Shown here: positions 62,535 through 64,000 of the stretch, piece after piece
Layout: every line of letters begins with the position of its first letter
Position numbering within the stretch: the first letter of the stretch is position 1
Notes under the pieces: generated by a model
What the model saw: only the letters and a program-made list of their open reading frames with translations
Told to the model about the DNA's origin: nothing
Database searches by the model: none
Assembly (NCBI RefSeq): GCF_006345805.1
Contig: NC_043000.1
Coordinates: forward strand, 150,288,001-150,352,000
Source: Octopus sinensis
Taxonomy: Eukaryota
Length of the DNA stretch: 64,000 nucleotides
Reading direction: 5' to 3'
Translations under genes and position numbers: made by a program

Positions 62535-62870
62535 ATCATCATCATTTAACGCCCACGTTCCATGCTAGCATGGGTTGGACAATTTGAGTGAGGACTGGCG
62601 AACCAGATGGCTGCACCAGGCTCCAATCTGATCTGGCAGAGTTTCTACAGCCTGATGCCCTTCCTAACGCCAACCACTCTGAGAGTGTAGTGGGTGCTTT
62701 TACGTGCCACCAGTCTGGTGGTACAGGCAACGGCCACGATCAAATGGTGTCTTTTATGTGCCACCTGCACAGCAGTCAGTCCAGTGGCACTGGCAATGAC
62801 CTCACTCGAATGTTTTGTTCACGTGTCACCAGCACAAGTGCCAGTAGGGCGACGCAGGTAACGATCATGT
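62535..62870 (-). mobile_element. Family E element
   Basis: (CAT)n tail, ACGCCAACCACTC...GGGTGCTTTTACGTGCCACC. Confidence 0.85.
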
Positions 62871-63085
62871 TAAGTCAAAATATAAATCAAGTACAAACAC
62901 ACAAATTAGGTACAATCAGAAATAAAAGATGATAAATGTAGGAATGCTACAGAACATTAATAGATAATGAAAAAGAGTTCATTTTCTTTTCTATCAAATT
63001 TAAATAACTTGAAAAAGAATTAATGATAAAAGTATGGCAAAAAATACTTGAAACCTGGTTAAAGGACATCTTGCAATATTAAATT

Positions 63086-63385
63086 ACATCATCATCATCG
63101 TTTAACGTCTGTTCTCCATGCTAGCATGGGTTGGACGGTTCGACCGGGGATCTGGGAAGCCAGAAGGCTGCACCAGGCTCCAGTCTTATCTGGCAATGTT
63201 TCTACAGCTGGATGCCCTTCCTAACGCCAACCACTCCATGAGTGTAGTGGGTGCTTTTTACGTGCCACCCGCACAGGTGCCAGGCGAGGCTGGCAACGGC
63301 CACGGTCGGATTGGTGCATTTTACGTGCCACCGGCACGAAAGCCAGTCGAGGCGGCACTGGCATCGGCCACGATTCGGATGGTGG
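63086..63385 (-). mobile_element. Family E element
   Basis: Same family as 62535-62870. Confidence 0.85.
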
Positions 63386-63451
63386 TATTAAATTTACAAT
63401 TAATTTAAAATTTACAATTAAATTAAATCAAATTTTTGAAAGGATACCAAC

Positions 63452-63580
63452 CGGTGGTTGCTGCATAACTCTAGCATACTCAGCATCAATTCGTTTATAG
63501 CTTTCCATTGTGTGAGGAGTCAGCACATATTCATCTTCTTGGTCAGGACTATCATTGCCTTTGTCTTTCTTATTTAAAAG
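63452..63580 (-). CDS. MEF2: MEF2 exon (alpha/HJURP_C-like region): LLNKKDKGNDSPDQEDEYVLTPHTMESYKRIDAEYARVMQQPP
   Basis: Resembles MEF2A LNKKE..CDSPDPD..YVLTPHTEEKYKKINEEF (from memory); CTTTAG|CTT, donor CCG|GTTGGT in phase 0; MADS exons lie beyond 64000. Confidence 0.93.
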
Positions 63581-64000
63581 CTAAAGCAGAACCAACAAAA
63601 TTATTTTTATTACTATGGAAAAACCAGTATTTTTCTAATATTAGCTTGGAAATAATCAAATGAAATATTCAATTATATTTTTTTCCTTTCAAAGAAAACA
63701 TCAATATAACATTATTGTTGTTGTTGTTGTTACGTTTTGGCTTTGCTTTAATTTTATACAAGCTGCACCCAGGAATTTAAGTAAAATAATAACTAGCGGG
63801 ACCAGTGGAAAATTCCAAAGAACGATGAAGATTAAGAGAAGCTATTTCAGAAAGAAAGGAGGATTTGCATTTTTATTTTGCTAAGTTATTTCACTTCCTG
63901 TCATAATATCTTATATAATTTTAAAATTTCCCTCTGCTAAGCACTTTATATTTCTTTTTCTCTCTACCCCTTCAACAAACTTCTTAACTATGTAATTCCC

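Overview
AT-rich, repeat-dense eukaryotic DNA. The tRNA-derived SINE families and (TA/TG)n microsatellites point to an octopus (Octopus sp.) genome; this is inferred, not searched. No prokaryotic systems or CRISPR arrays are present. Two minus-strand intron-containing genes were reconstructed by hand with consistent splice phases; the ORF track largely misses them. (1) MEF2: six coding exons at 63580-57026, with the MADS/MEF2-domain exons outside the window, probably followed by a very long (~9 kb) 3' UTR. (2) CMC2, a twin-CX9C mitochondrial cytochrome c oxidase assembly factor: coding exons 30643-30563, 29014-28943 and 15069-15019, plus a putative non-coding exon 1 near 37000. The rest is a transposon graveyard: about 35 SINE-like copies in five families, RTE, CR1, Tx1 and Penelope retroelements, mariner/Tc1 remnants, hAT and piggyBac-type MITEs, foldback MITEs and a probable Helentron-type element. 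The best leads are an inverted Penelope pair carrying a tRNA-like module and a hammerhead-like core, a structured leader plus orphan ORF ahead of a Tx1 ORF2, a possible frameshift and poison exon in CMC2, inverted repeats bracketing MEF2 exons, and an unexplained direct-repeat/minisatellite cassette. None is demonstrated to be a new system. Repeat boundaries are by eye (about +/-10-30 bp unless a TSD is given). Exon boundaries are base-counted.
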